A stretch of 64,000 bases of DNA from a virus (IMGVR_UViG_3300028886_001681:32001-96000), one strand, 5' to 3'. Positions 1 to 9,490 are shown, numbered from the stretch's first letter. Translations and numbers: made by a program. Notes: a model not told the origin generated them from the letters alone.

Positions 1-165
1 AAGCATTTCTACTACAATCCAAGTCATAAGTTCTTACACATTTTTGCACGACCATAATCAATCCTCCTTGTCGTTTTGGTAATACAATTTCTTTTCAAGC
101 GTAAATCACACCCTTTGCTTTATCAAGAAAACATTTTTGGTTGCAATCAAAATAACCTAGCCATA

Positions 166-483
166 TCATTCTTTTACCTCTTTGGATGTTATATTACATT
201 TAAGATTTGTGCAAGCGTAAACATCGCTCGATTTGACAACATGTGAGCAAATGTCATAAGCGATTCTGTCAAAATATCCTTTCATATATGAGGCACATTC
301 CGAAAAAGTTCCTTTGTAGACTATCTTGCTTTGTTCCTCGCATTCACTTTCTTTGCAACAGTCTATTCCTTTCAATGGCTTGCCACTAACGCTCTTTGTC
401 GGATACCAATACACAACAAATTCATCGTTTGCGCCTTCATTTTCGCAATTTTCATTTGTATTTATTACAACATCCTCAATCAT
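166..483 (-). CDS. hypothetical protein
   Basis: 105-aa ORF overlapping the upstream ORF; part of a minus-strand gene array. Confidence 0.65.
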   Translation of the reverse strand: MIEDVVINTNENCENEGANDEFVVYWYPTKSVSGKPLKGIDCCKESECEEQSKIVYKGTFSECASYMKGYFDRIAYDICSHVVKSSDVYACTNLKCNITSKEVKE

Positions 484-665
484 TTATCTTCCTTCAAAAA
501 GTCCATAGCTCTTTGCCTTGCGTATTCGTCAGAGTTGTCCAACAAGTCTTGAATGATTGTCTTTGCGTATTCAAGTTGCTCTTCAACGCTCGTTGTCTTG
601 GCGTTTTCGTTTTCTTCCGCAAGAGCCATGCTTGCGCCTATTCCCCATAGTAAAGCACCCAACAT
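480..665 (-). CDS. small protein with EQLxxAKxII...FLKE module
   Basis: AAGGAG RBS; C-terminal module shared with ORFs 1976-2455 and 17763-18422. Confidence 0.65.
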   Translation of the reverse strand: MLGALLWGIGASMALAEENENAKTTSVEEQLEYAKTIIQDLLDNSDEYARQRAMDFLKEDK

Positions 666-992
666 TTATTCGCTCTCCTTTAGTTCTGGAACAGAAATGA
701 AGAAATATGCTTTCACTTCTTGCCAAGAAAAATTTCCTTTCCGAGATTCCCAAAATCTACCGTTATAAAAGCCAAAAGTTTTAATACCTCTTCCTAATAA
801 TAAAAGATATTCTTTTTTATCGGTTGGCAAATCTTTTTCATCTTTCACATAATGCCATTCATTAGCCTTGTTATAGCCGTATTCAATGCCTTTTTGGATG
901 AGTTCACAAACTTTATCAACTTGTATAAAATTTCCGCTATGAGTTCTGCAACCATTTTGTCGCATTATTTCTTCCGCTTTTTCCTCAAACAT
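666..992 (-). CDS. DUF551-like hypothetical protein
   Basis: GYNKANEWH...DLP motif shared with 53275-53688; GAGG RBS. Confidence 0.65.
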   Translation of the reverse strand: MFEEKAEEIMRQNGCRTHSGNFIQVDKVCELIQKGIEYGYNKANEWHYVKDEKDLPTDKKEYLLLLGRGIKTFGFYNGRFWESRKGNFSWQEVKAYFFISVPELKESE

Positions 993-1010
993 AATTCACT
1001 CCTCTGCGCG

Positions 1011-1325
1011 TTATGGCATCTCGCACCATTCGATTACATCGTCGATTTTATCGTAATCGCTAGACCACCAACTATTTGAATGCGTGCTATACCAACTCAT
1101 CTGTTTGCCACCATCCGAAGTCTTAACAATGAATTGCTTCGCGTTTTCCTTCGGCAAGTCGTTTGGGTTTTTCCGCAAGTCGCGCCACTTCGGTCTGCCC
1201 TCGTTAAGCCCCGCAAGATAAGCATATTTCAAGTCAGTTTCTGTATATAACTTTTCACCGCTTTCTGTAGTGTCTAAAGGTACTTCATTATTACAGTATT
1301 CTTCCGCCATTTCTTTATCTGTCAT
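1011..1325 (-). CDS. DUF551-like hypothetical protein
   Basis: WRDLRKNPNDLP...VIEWCEMP motif. Confidence 0.65.
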   Translation of the reverse strand: MTDKEMAEEYCNNEVPLDTTESGEKLYTETDLKYAYLAGLNEGRPKWRDLRKNPNDLPKENAKQFIVKTSDGGKQMSWYSTHSNSWWSSDYDKIDDVIEWCEMP

Positions 1326-1401
1326 TTCACAATCCTTTCTAGTGTAAATCCAAAGAAATATCCAAATATGAATATTGCGCCCATAGTTAATATTGTTTCA
1401 T

Positions 1402-1791
1402 TCATACGCTTTGATACTCCATCGATTCCATTACCGCAATGTTCCGCTCGGTAGGCTCCAAGCCAAGCCTTCTGCACAAGCGAATTCGCAAGTAATGCTT
1501 TGCGTAAGCGAAGATAAAGTTCGCTAGCGCGTAACAAACATTATTCACGACCAAAACAACGGCAATCTTGATGAGTTCGTTGACTTTGCATTTGTCAAGC
1601 AATAACGTTCCAAAAATGAGAAACACGCCTGACAACGCTTGGTAAGGGAACGACTCGAATAGAACGGTCTTGGCGCTTCTAATTTCGTTGTAAACAGGCG
1701 TCTTTCCCTTTTCGATTCCGTCAAGAACCCTGTCAAATTCCGCCTTGTAATTCTTCAAGTCTTTCTCTTTTCGCATAAAAAGATAATACAT
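1402..1791 (-). CDS. membrane protein (2 TM)
   Basis: Start moved to MYYLF after a GGAGG RBS; two hydrophobic segments. Confidence 0.6.
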   Translation of the reverse strand: MYYLFMRKEKDLKNYKAEFDRVLDGIEKGKTPVYNEIRSAKTVLFESFPYQALSGVFLIFGTLLLDKCKVNELIKIAVVLVVNNVCYALANFIFAYAKHYLRIRLCRRLGLEPTERNIAVMESMEYQSV

Positions 1792-1975
1792 TTTAACCCT
1801 CCGTTCCGCCCATGGCAAACCACATCTTCGTCATTCCTTCGCCTCGCTTTCTGGCCTATAAATTAAAACGGAATGTCCTTGTTTTAACAACCGAACTATC
1901 CGCATTATCCATTTAAAAAATGAATGGTGATGTTCACCGTAGAACCTTCACGCTCGCCATAACTCAATGCGTATA

Positions 1976-2455
1976 TCATTCTTTCACATCCTCCAAGAAT
2001 CGCTCCGCTTCTTTTCTAACTTTATAATACGAACTTTTATCCGAACCGTTCATTTCCCAATACATATTGTTCTTTTCTTCCTCAAGAAGTTTTGCTAGAA
2101 TTTCTTTTGCTTTGGCAAGATTTTCGTTAATGTCCATTAAATCTTTTTCGTACTGTTCATTTTGCGCAAGAAAAGCGTTTCGTTCATTTCTTAAAGTAAA
2201 TTGTTGCTTTTTCAGTTCCGCAACTTCCTTTTCCAAACTTTTGAGATGCGCCCAACTAGTTCCTTCATCTGTTGCTTGCAGATATTTTGTTCTAAGTTCC
2301 TCGTTTTCCTTTTCAAGAGAAACTATGCGATTGAATGTTTCTTCAACGTGCTCCTTCCAATACTCCATGCTTGCGGGGCACATTCCGCTCGCTTGACCTT
2401 TCACATAAGCAATCAATTCTTTCGTCGCTAGTCGTTTTAACTCTTCGCCAGTCAT
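1976..2455 (-). CDS. coiled-coil hypothetical protein
   Basis: Heptad-rich; AKAKEIL...AERFL module. Confidence 0.65.
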   Translation of the reverse strand: MTGEELKRLATKELIAYVKGQASGMCPASMEYWKEHVEETFNRIVSLEKENEELRTKYLQATDEGTSWAHLKSLEKEVAELKKQQFTLRNERNAFLAQNEQYEKDLMDINENLAKAKEILAKLLEEEKNNMYWEMNGSDKSSYYKVRKEAERFLEDVKE

Positions 2456-2988
2456 TCCTTCACCTCAACAATTTCAAACCCTTTCAATACAAGTTCGTCT
2501 AATTCTTTATCTTTTTCGTCATACCAATCTTGTTCATCGCCCAACAAAGAATGCATCAATTTTCTTGTAAAAGCAAACAACCGAATCCAATCTGAAATTC
2601 CACTACAGATATGATAATACGAATCTTTTTCCGTTTCGTCAACTAAAGATTCATCATAATCTTCTCCATAGAACCACCAATGCGTGCAGAAATCCCATTT
2701 CCAATGCACTTTCGCAATAAATTTCTTTTCATAAATATCCGAATAATCACTTTCCCAAGAAATCGCTTTATAAATTATAAAATCGCAAAAATATTTGTCC
2801 AACTTTTCAATTTTCACCCCAAAAATCGGACATCCGTTAGAATCTTTCAAATGATATTTTTTCATTTTATTTTCTTCCGCTTCTGACTTCAGAACTTGTA
2901 TCAGAGCCTGTTGCTTCCAATGCTTGGACCCGTTCTCTTTCATTTCGTCAATGGTCATTCCTTTACCTCCACAATTTTGACAAATCAT
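2452..2988 (-). CDS. hypothetical protein (possible fusion of two ORFs)
   Basis: GGAGG RBS; N-terminal CxxC; internal MKKYHL start. Confidence 0.6.
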   Translation of the reverse strand: MICQNCGGKGMTIDEMKENGSKHWKQQALIQVLKSEAEENKMKKYHLKDSNGCPIFGVKIEKLDKYFCDFIIYKAISWESDYSDIYEKKFIAKVHWKWDFCTHWWFYGEDYDESLVDETEKDSYYHICSGISDWIRLFAFTRKLMHSLLGDEQDWYDEKDKELDELVLKGFEIVEVKE

Positions 2989-3006
2989 ATCATTCCTCCA
3001 ATTTTG

Positions 3007-3192
3007 CTAATATTCGCTTAACCCCAATCCAACCGCTCGCCATTTGACCGCAGTCGGCGACACTTTGAATCGTTCCGCGACCGCTTCCAAGCGTCCACAT
3101 TTCTCTTTCCATATCTGTCTGAATAACTTTTCCGGCATAAGAAAAGCGGCGGCAAAAGTATTGGCCTCTTTTTCAAGCTCTTCTTCATTCAT
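3007..3192 (-). CDS. C-terminal part of ImmA/IrrE-family metallopeptidase domain
   Basis: EKEANTFAAAFLMP...FKVS..AVKWR signature; no HExxH. Confidence 0.7.
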   Translation of the reverse strand: MNEEELEKEANTFAAAFLMPEKLFRQIWKEKCGRLEAVAERFKVSPTAVKWRAVGLGLSEY

Positions 3193-3466
3193 TCCTCAAT
3201 CTCCTTTCATCGCAGGCTTTCAAATAAATGTCCCACATCTTGTCCGCGTACTTCTCGTCGTTCTTCCATCTGAAATATCTGATTGCCGACAAGGGAATCC
3301 ATAGGGGAGACAAGACGAGATGAAAGGCGAAAGCGAACAAGTTCACGAGAAAAATCGTCGTTTCCTTAAAGCCGTCCGCGATGTTGCATAAATCCTCTCC
3401 GAAAGTTTCAGCAACCATGTTCTTGTTTCTTTTTGTGCAGTATTCTACAAATTCTTCCTTGGTCAT
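3185..3466 (-). CDS. small membrane protein
   Basis: One hydrophobic segment; overlaps neighbouring ORFs. Confidence 0.6.
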   Translation of the reverse strand: MTKEEFVEYCTKRNKNMVAETFGEDLCNIADGFKETTIFLVNLFAFAFHLVLSPLWIPLSAIRYFRWKNDEKYADKMWDIYLKACDERRLRNE

Positions 3467-4302
3467 ACCTTCGCCTCGCTATCTTTCTGTTTCGCTTGTT
3501 CAATTTTTTCTTTACTCAATTTTGTAGCATAAGCAAAATCTTCATCACTCATAGATAAATATTGCCAATCCCATTCATTCATTCCTTCCTTCACCTCCAT
3601 TCCGCAAGGGCTGTCGTTAAATGCTTTTTCGATAGGCCAGTGATATTTGTTTATCCTGTCCTTAACCTTAATATAATTTAATTTTAGTTCTTTACACCAT
3701 GCTGCTAAATGTTGCGTCTTTCCTTTATAGGTTATCATTTTATAACGAGCGTTTCCTTTTGTTTCAAACGCTTTTTCAACAGACCAATGAGAATCATTAA
3801 GTCTAGATATAACCGTGTAATATTTTAGATTTAATTCTCTGCACCAATCGGCAAGCGATTGAGTCCGCCCCTTATATGTTATAAGCCTTAGGCTATGATT
3901 TCCTTTTGTTTCAAACGCTTTGTCAACAGACCAACGCAAGGAGTTTATTCTGCATTTTATTTTATGATAATCAAGCCCAAGTTCCTCACACCATTGACTT
4001 AAAGGCTTTGTTTCGCCTTTATATTTTATTAAATGATTCCGTCTTTGGTTATTATTCTGTTGTTTTCTTGTCGCCCATCTACAATTCTCAGGACTGTAGC
4101 CTTTGTTATTGTCGATACGGTCAATGCTTAAATCATCATTATAACCGTTTGACAACGCCCATTCGTAAAATAAATTAGGTTTTTTCAACCACTCATCACA
4201 TATTGTTATCCCTCTTGCACCATAATCCTTAAAATTTTGGGCTTTAGGGTTGTAACATCTATTTTTCATTGCTTGATAAATTCTTTTTAATCTTTCATTC
4301 AT
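3463..4302 (-). CDS. HNH homing endonuclease with three repeated DNA-binding modules
   Basis: MKNRCY..YGARGI..SIDRIDNNKGYSPENCRWAT; 3x ITYKG.T..L..WC.EL repeats; AT-rich. Confidence 0.85.
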   Translation of the reverse strand: MNERLKRIYQAMKNRCYNPKAQNFKDYGARGITICDEWLKKPNLFYEWALSNGYNDDLSIDRIDNNKGYSPENCRWATRKQQNNNQRRNHLIKYKGETKPLSQWCEELGLDYHKIKCRINSLRWSVDKAFETKGNHSLRLITYKGRTQSLADWCRELNLKYYTVISRLNDSHWSVEKAFETKGNARYKMITYKGKTQHLAAWCKELKLNYIKVKDRINKYHWPIEKAFNDSPCGMEVKEGMNEWDWQYLSMSDEDFAYATKLSKEKIEQAKQKDSEAKV

Positions 4303-4894
4303 CTAAGACTCCTACGGGGCTTCCGTCCAAGTAGGTGTAGTCATCTAACAACTGCTCAAACCCAATTATGAAAGGATTAAAGTCAATGCTCACACTATCC
4401 TCGCGAAAAGAGGATACTAAAGTCTGGCGGTCAACATCCTTGCCCTTGAGCCAAATCGACGGTTCGCAGTATGGCGGACAGTCGACCTTGAATCGAGCGA
4501 TAAAGTCCGCAATTATTTCGGTGGAATCCTTATATGGACGGTAACGCTTTTCATCTTCTTCAGGCTTGATGCGATACTCAATATTCAAGTCCCAACGTGG
4601 ATTATATGCAGAACACCAGTCTCCACTTACATCGTCTTTAAATTGTATTTCTTTGCCCTCGTTGAAAGCCCTCTTGGCCTCGTAGTTTGGGTCGTAGTAT
4701 GCGAAACGATAGCGAACAAGGTCGTCGCTCTCAAAAGGCATTCCGTTATCTCTTGACCAACGAACCTTGTAAATTGACGCGCCTTTTTCCACGCGCTCAA
4801 TCAAAGAGTTTATGTTATCCGCCACAAAGACTTCCTTGCCTTCCAACTCGTCGTCCCACATGAAGCGGACGAATTTTTTGTCGAATAACTCCAT
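4295..4894 (-). CDS. hypothetical phage protein
   Basis: 199-aa ORF, GGAGG RBS, ends YTYLDGSPVG. Confidence 0.75.
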   Translation of the reverse strand: MELFDKKFVRFMWDDELEGKEVFVADNINSLIERVEKGASIYKVRWSRDNGMPFESDDLVRYRFAYYDPNYEAKRAFNEGKEIQFKDDVSGDWCSAYNPRWDLNIEYRIKPEEDEKRYRPYKDSTEIIADFIARFKVDCPPYCEPSIWLKGKDVDRQTLVSSFREDSVSIDFNPFIIGFEQLLDDYTYLDGSPVGVLDE

Positions 4895-4898
4895 AAGC

Positions 4899-5042
4899 CT
4901 ACCTCCAAATATCGGCCAAACTTTCAGTAATCAAGGCCAAGGGGAAAAGCACGGCCCCGCAAAGCAAGCCGAATAAAACCGCGAAGGGAAGGAGAATGAG
5001 CGAAAGGAGCGTCATCCCCAAATTCTTCAAAATCATCGTCAT
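4899..5042 (-). CDS. small membrane protein (not in ORF track)
   Basis: MTMILKNLG...ADIWR*, 47 aa, hydrophobic; AGGAG RBS; fills the gap between ORFs. Confidence 0.6.
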   Translation of the reverse strand: MTMILKNLGMTLLSLILLPFAVLFGLLCGAVLFPLALITESLADIWR

Positions 5043-5281
5043 TTACGCTCCTCTCCTTCCTCGTAGACCGTCAATGTTCCGTCAATCGGATTGTCGACCA
5101 CCATATTCACCTTTCTGTCGCTCTTGGTGCGATGGAGGAAAGTTCCGCCTTGAGTCTGAACCTCAAATTTCTTGTCCTTGACTAAATGCGAGCACGCGAG
5201 GTCGCCCCAATGTTTTTCCTTCAATTTCTCGTTCTCGTAGATTAAAACCTTCATCCTCCCAAACTCCTTTATCTGCAACAA
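5039..5281 (-). CDS. hypothetical protein
   Basis: ORF in array; true start probably the internal MKVLI. Confidence 0.55.
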   Translation of the reverse strand: MLQIKEFGRMKVLIYENEKLKEKHWGDLACSHLVKDKKFEVQTQGGTFLHRTKSDRKVNMVVDNPIDGTLTVYEEGEERK

Positions 5282-5715
5282 TCCCTAATTATTCTGCTTG
5301 AATACAAAGGGTCGTCCTTCCTCAACTCCTCCCATTCGACCAAGAATCCGTCCTTGTTCTCGTAGACTCCGTTGAAGTCGTAGGGAATTCCGTCTATCTC
5401 GCAGAGGAAATGCCCTTGAATCTCGTCGTATAGAATCGTTCCGTTGAACGCGTCCTTTAGAATCAAGGCGAAGAAATAGCAGTTTCCGCTAGTCCACTTG
5501 CAGTCGGTCGGAAACCTTCTCTTGATGAAATTCAAGACTTTTTTCTCGGTGTCCTCTCCGCCGTCTTTTTCCTCGAACAAGTCCGAACCCAAGGCGACCT
5601 TTCTCCAATAGCGGAACACTCCCATAGCCACTCCGAACCCTCCGTAAATGAAGGCGAAGGGGAAGGCCAAAAGGCTCGCCAAGAATGTCAAGGACAAGAA
5701 CAAAATTCGTTTCAT
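5269..5715 (-). CDS. hypothetical protein, N-terminal TM; GNCY..A/H motif (possible papain-like fold)
   Basis: First gene after sigma70-like promoter; GNCYFFA and GHF motifs. Confidence 0.6.
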   Translation of the reverse strand: MKRILFLSLTFLASLLAFPFAFIYGGFGVAMGVFRYWRKVALGSDLFEEKDGGEDTEKKVLNFIKRRFPTDCKWTSGNCYFFALILKDAFNGTILYDEIQGHFLCEIDGIPYDFNGVYENKDGFLVEWEELRKDDPLYSSRIIRDCCR

Positions 5716-5783
5716 TTCTTTTTCTCCATATGGTTATGATATACCGAAACTCGCCCTTTTGTCAAGGAAATTCCGATTTTTTT

Positions 5784-6137
5784 TTATGAAATTGCGAGGC
5801 TTTTCCTCGATTTTACGATGAAATCCACCCTTTCCAACACATCCAAGCCGATTATTTCGTCCAATTGAGTTAGAATCTCCTCGTCAGAGAGCGAGCACCA
5901 ATGGGAATCCATCGTCCTCAACATTCCGCCGAAGGAATACAACTTGGGATGCTCAAGAAACCTCTCGTCGTTCAACATTGGGAAGAACTCGCGGTATGTG
6001 GCGGAAAGCATTCGTTCAAGCGCCTTTTGTTGGGCTTCCTTCTTGGAGTCGGCCTCGACAATCAACTCTCTGTAAGTTTCCTTGCCGTACTTTCCGTGGC
6101 TTCCCTTGGCCACGACTCTGACTACGAACTCCTTCAT
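5784..6137 (-). CDS. hypothetical protein
   Basis: GGAGG RBS; own promoter at 6163-6191. Confidence 0.7.
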   Translation of the reverse strand: MKEFVVRVVAKGSHGKYGKETYRELIVEADSKKEAQQKALERMLSATYREFFPMLNDERFLEHPKLYSFGGMLRTMDSHWCSLSDEEILTQLDEIIGLDVLERVDFIVKSRKSLAIS

Positions 6138-6162
6138 GAAGTTTTCCTCCGTTTTCTAGTCA

Positions 6163-6191
6163 ATTATAACCCAAATTATCCAATTTGTCAA
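6163..6191 (-). promoter_or_regulatory. sigma70-type promoter
   Basis: TTGACA-N17-TATAAT on minus strand. Confidence 0.85.
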
Positions 6192-6303
6192 GGGAAATTG
6201 TTAAAAAATCGAAAAAAAAAACGGATTGAACATGGCTCTTTATGGAATCGACTTGGAGGAATGGCCGAAGCGGAGTTGTCTTGAAAGGAAAATTAGGGGG
6301 AAG

Positions 6304-6335
6304 AAAAAAGCCCCGCAATTGGATTTTTGCGGGGC
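6304..6335 (-). terminator. rho-independent terminator
   Basis: GCCCCGCAA/TTGCGGGGC stem followed by U tract on minus strand. Confidence 0.8.
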
Positions 6336-6360
6336 GTTCGTATTTATATAAAATCCGTAA

Positions 6361-6396
6361 GAATGATTCCACCCTTTAGGGTGGTGCGTAGTTCAC
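6361..6396 (+). mobile_element. IS200/IS605-like right-end remnant
   Basis: CCACCCTTTAGGGTGG hairpin followed by GTAGTTCAC; no transposase or TnpB nearby. Confidence 0.45.
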
Positions 6397-6803
6397 TTAA
6401 TTCTAGCGTCAACTTCTTTAATCAGATTATTGATTTCTTCTTCACTTGCAAGTTTTCCGCCTTTGATTGAAATTTCATCGTAATCTTCCATAAAAATTTC
6501 TTCATCCGCCACTTTATCAAGCGCGTAAGAATTATTCAAAACATAATTAGAAACTTGTCTCAAATCTTTTGTAGAAACTTCACATTCTTTTTTATCAAAT
6601 GTATCTTCAATGATATTTCCATACAAATCCATGCAACAAAATGGTTGATTCTGCATTTTTTCACCATAATTCATTTGAACCTTGATTCTTTTAGCATGAC
6701 CGCCGAGCTTATACCAACCGTTTTCATCAATCCAAATGTTGATTGGGAGTCCTGTCTGTCTTTTTCTTCTGTTGGCCATTTCGTAGATTCTTTCCATAAT
6801 CAA
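6393..6803 (-). CDS. hypothetical protein (EMAN...TGLP.NIW motif)
   Basis: GAGG RBS; promoter at 6819-6847. Confidence 0.75.
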   Translation of the reverse strand: MIMERIYEMANRRKRQTGLPINIWIDENGWYKLGGHAKRIKVQMNYGEKMQNQPFCCMDLYGNIIEDTFDKKECEVSTKDLRQVSNYVLNNSYALDKVADEEIFMEDYDEISIKGGKLASEEEINNLIKEVDARIK

Positions 6804-6818
6804 ATCACCTCAATAAAA

Positions 6819-6847
6819 AATATAGCATGAAACGCTTGTTTTGTCAA
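6819..6847 (-). promoter_or_regulatory. sigma70-type promoter
   Basis: TTGACA-N17-TATATT. Confidence 0.75.
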
Positions 6848-6885
6848 GTAAAATTATAATCTCAAATCCTTTCAACTTTCATGTA

Positions 6886-7692
6886 TCATTCATTCACCTT
6901 TTCCCAATAAGCGGAATCTTCACCCAAAGCCATGTCAATCAACCAAAAATCTCCGTTATATTCCATTATGTCTACAGACCAAACGCCTTCCAAGTCTGCA
7001 ATTGATTTCAATTTATCAGACACCAATTCACAAACCTTGCCTTTATTTTCATTATAATGTTTCAAAAGGTTGTCATAAACCGATTCATAAATTATTTTAT
7101 CGGTTTTATTAGAACTGATGGAATCATGGCAATAATCCCAATCCCAATAATTCACAACATCTAAAAGTTTATGCTTTGTAAAATCATAGAATATTCTATA
7201 TTCGTTTCTTAAAGGAAGTCCGTTATAAATGCAAGGCGTTTCGCAAGGATTATAAGGAATTCTTTCCCTTATCGCAATTTCATTGTTGCCCATGGTGTCG
7301 TAACAGAAAGAATAATACTGAATGTCTTGAATGCATTCGGAAATGCATTCTACAGTATTGTTTCTTGGCGCGGCGGTAACAAAATCAAATTTGTTGGAGA
7401 AGCATCCGTTTTTAATAAAAAGGTTGGTGTCTTTCAATTCTTGAGGAATGCTAGGATAGAGTTCGTTTCTCACCCATTCAGTGATTTTATCGGAATCATC
7501 TTTGTTGTCATGAAAGAAACATTCCATGATGTCTTTCGGAACTTGATATATGAAAGTTTTTGGTTGTTTAATTCCGCAATCCTTTATTTTCGGATACCAA
7601 TAAGATATGTTGTTTTTATTTGAAATCAAATCATTGTAAAATGACTTTCCCATTTCTTCTAAGTCTTGATTGTCAAAAATTAATTTTTCCAT
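6886..7692 (-). CDS. ATP-grasp-like phage protein
   Basis: LFIK..., EYRIF, WSVDIM, WLIDM motifs resemble ATP-grasp fold. Confidence 0.5.
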   Translation of the reverse strand: MEKLIFDNQDLEEMGKSFYNDLISNKNNISYWYPKIKDCGIKQPKTFIYQVPKDIMECFFHDNKDDSDKITEWVRNELYPSIPQELKDTNLFIKNGCFSNKFDFVTAAPRNNTVECISECIQDIQYYSFCYDTMGNNEIAIRERIPYNPCETPCIYNGLPLRNEYRIFYDFTKHKLLDVVNYWDWDYCHDSISSNKTDKIIYESVYDNLLKHYNENKGKVCELVSDKLKSIADLEGVWSVDIMEYNGDFWLIDMALGEDSAYWEKVNE

Positions 7693-8148
7693 TTATTCAT
7701 TCTCCTTTCTAGGCGGTGGAACTTCCACCGAACCTTCCAACCAAGCATAAATAGGATAATTTTTGTTTTCTCCGTTCCACACGCCGTCGCCTAAATACAT
7801 GAACTCATCGCATTCATAATCACCGTCACCGCAATCATAAGCGCAAATATAATTCAATGGCAGAATGGATTTGCCGTCTTCGCTTTCTTTTGGATTTGGC
7901 GGTAATTTATCCGTTACATAACACCATGTTTTAGCGTTTATATGTCCGTTTGACTCTCGATTTATATCGCCATAATCTTTTCCAAGATAATAGCCGTGAT
8001 TTTCTCCCATCTCCCATGAATATTCCGCGATTGAATAATAAGGCTCTAAAGGGCATTTATCGGAACGCCCAAATTCCTTTCCATAGTTGTCGTCCCAAAA
8101 CTGCTCAAAGACTTCATATTTTACATTTTCATTATATTCGTCGCTCAT
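7693..8148 (-). CDS. DUF551-like hypothetical protein
   Basis: W..V.DKLP...IYAW...PPP. Confidence 0.6.
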   Translation of the reverse strand: MSDEYNENVKYEVFEQFWDDNYGKEFGRSDKCPLEPYYSIAEYSWEMGENHGYYLGKDYGDINRESNGHINAKTWCYVTDKLPPNPKESEDGKSILPLNYICAYDCGDGDYECDEFMYLGDGVWNGENKNYPIYAWLEGSVEVPPPRKENE

Positions 8149-8178
8149 TTTTTATGTCCTCCTCAACTTTTCCCAAGT

Positions 8179-8853
8179 TCACTGCCTCATCATAGCCAAC
8201 GCTTTTATAAAATGCTTGAATCCAAATCCGCCACGCTTTTTATAAAAATTCGTAATGACCAATCGTTTCTCCAAATCTTTATAAAACTCTACATCTAGAT
8301 AATCATCTTCCAAGATGACATATTTTCCTTCAAAATGATTTCTTTCAATCCATTCCATTATTTGAGTTCCACGTGCATACTGCAGAATAAAATCTCGGTT
8401 CTTTATATTTTCAAATCCTTGGAATGTTGGTCTATTGCACCAATCAGTTATTTTATCTTCGTTCATTTCATAATTATTTTCAAGACTTAATTTTCCTTCT
8501 CTAGTGACTGAAATAACATTTATTCCATTCTTACGGAATAGAGAATCAGTCTTCATCATATCATGGCCTTTAATGTCTTTTCTTACAGAACCGTCTTCAT
8601 TCCACCCATATTTCCAAGTGGAAGATAAAACTACTTTAGATTTTGTCAGTCCGCATAACAAACTTAACCAAAACAAGTTTCTTTTGCAAATCTGGCTCAC
8701 CATATCATAGCCATTTTTCTTCACATTTCTTTGGTAATATTTTGATTTATAGAAATAATGATAGTTGAGAACACCGTCAATGTCTAGAAAAATTATTTTA
8801 TCTGTCATCTGTGTCTGTCTCAATATATTTAAAATTATCGTTATCAAATTCAA
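8179..8853 (-). CDS. HAD-superfamily phosphatase (HAD_SAK-like)
   Basis: IIFLDIDGVLN, VVLSSTW, RG.QI..W, YVILEDD. Confidence 0.8.
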   Translation of the reverse strand: MNLITIILNILRQTQMTDKIIFLDIDGVLNYHYFYKSKYYQRNVKKNGYDMVSQICKRNLFWLSLLCGLTKSKVVLSSTWKYGWNEDGSVRKDIKGHDMMKTDSLFRKNGINVISVTREGKLSLENNYEMNEDKITDWCNRPTFQGFENIKNRDFILQYARGTQIMEWIERNHFEGKYVILEDDYLDVEFYKDLEKRLVITNFYKKRGGFGFKHFIKALAMMRQ

Positions 8854-8877
8854 CTTCTACATTCATTTCGGATGTAT

Positions 8878-9069
8878 CTATTTTGCAACAAGAGTAAATG
8901 ATTCAAAATCATCTATAAAATTTTTCTTATCATAAAGATTCTTAAAATTTACTCTAATTTCAACCTCATGAGAATCTTCCATATCTCTGACTTCTGTAAT
9001 TAAAATTTCTTTATCCAATAATTCAGATAAAAGTTTTCTTTGTTCAAATTCAAAAGAATCCATTACCAT
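8878..9069 (-). CDS. hypothetical protein
   Basis: GAGG RBS. Confidence 0.55.
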   Translation of the reverse strand: MVMDSFEFEQRKLLSELLDKEILITEVRDMEDSHEVEIRVNFKNLYDKKNFIDDFESFTLVAK

Positions 9070-9490
9070 AATTTTAATCCTCTTCCCATTCCTTATTGAA
9101 CTTACTCATCGCGCGACTTAAAGTTTTTTATAAATCTTCAAGGAATTATGCTTTATTTTAATTTTCTAAAAAATATCGCTCCTTTCATTTTTAGAAAACC
9201 TTTCGCGTTAGAATCCAATTCTTCAAGAGTAAAAGAATTTTCATTCAATCCGACAAATCGATTTCCAAATCTCGAAAACTTGTATTTGGCTTTTCCGAGA
9301 TTTACCAATTCAATGACCTCTTTTAATTTCATAGTCATATTCATGCCTCCAAATCGTTTTTATAGTCTGTCTGACAGACAGACCGTTATATAGTTTCTTT
9401 TTATCTCCTACGAAATAAATTATTGCATTTCAACGATTAGTTTGTCAATATTTATGCGCCATATTCATTAAATGAAATGTCGTATTTTAA

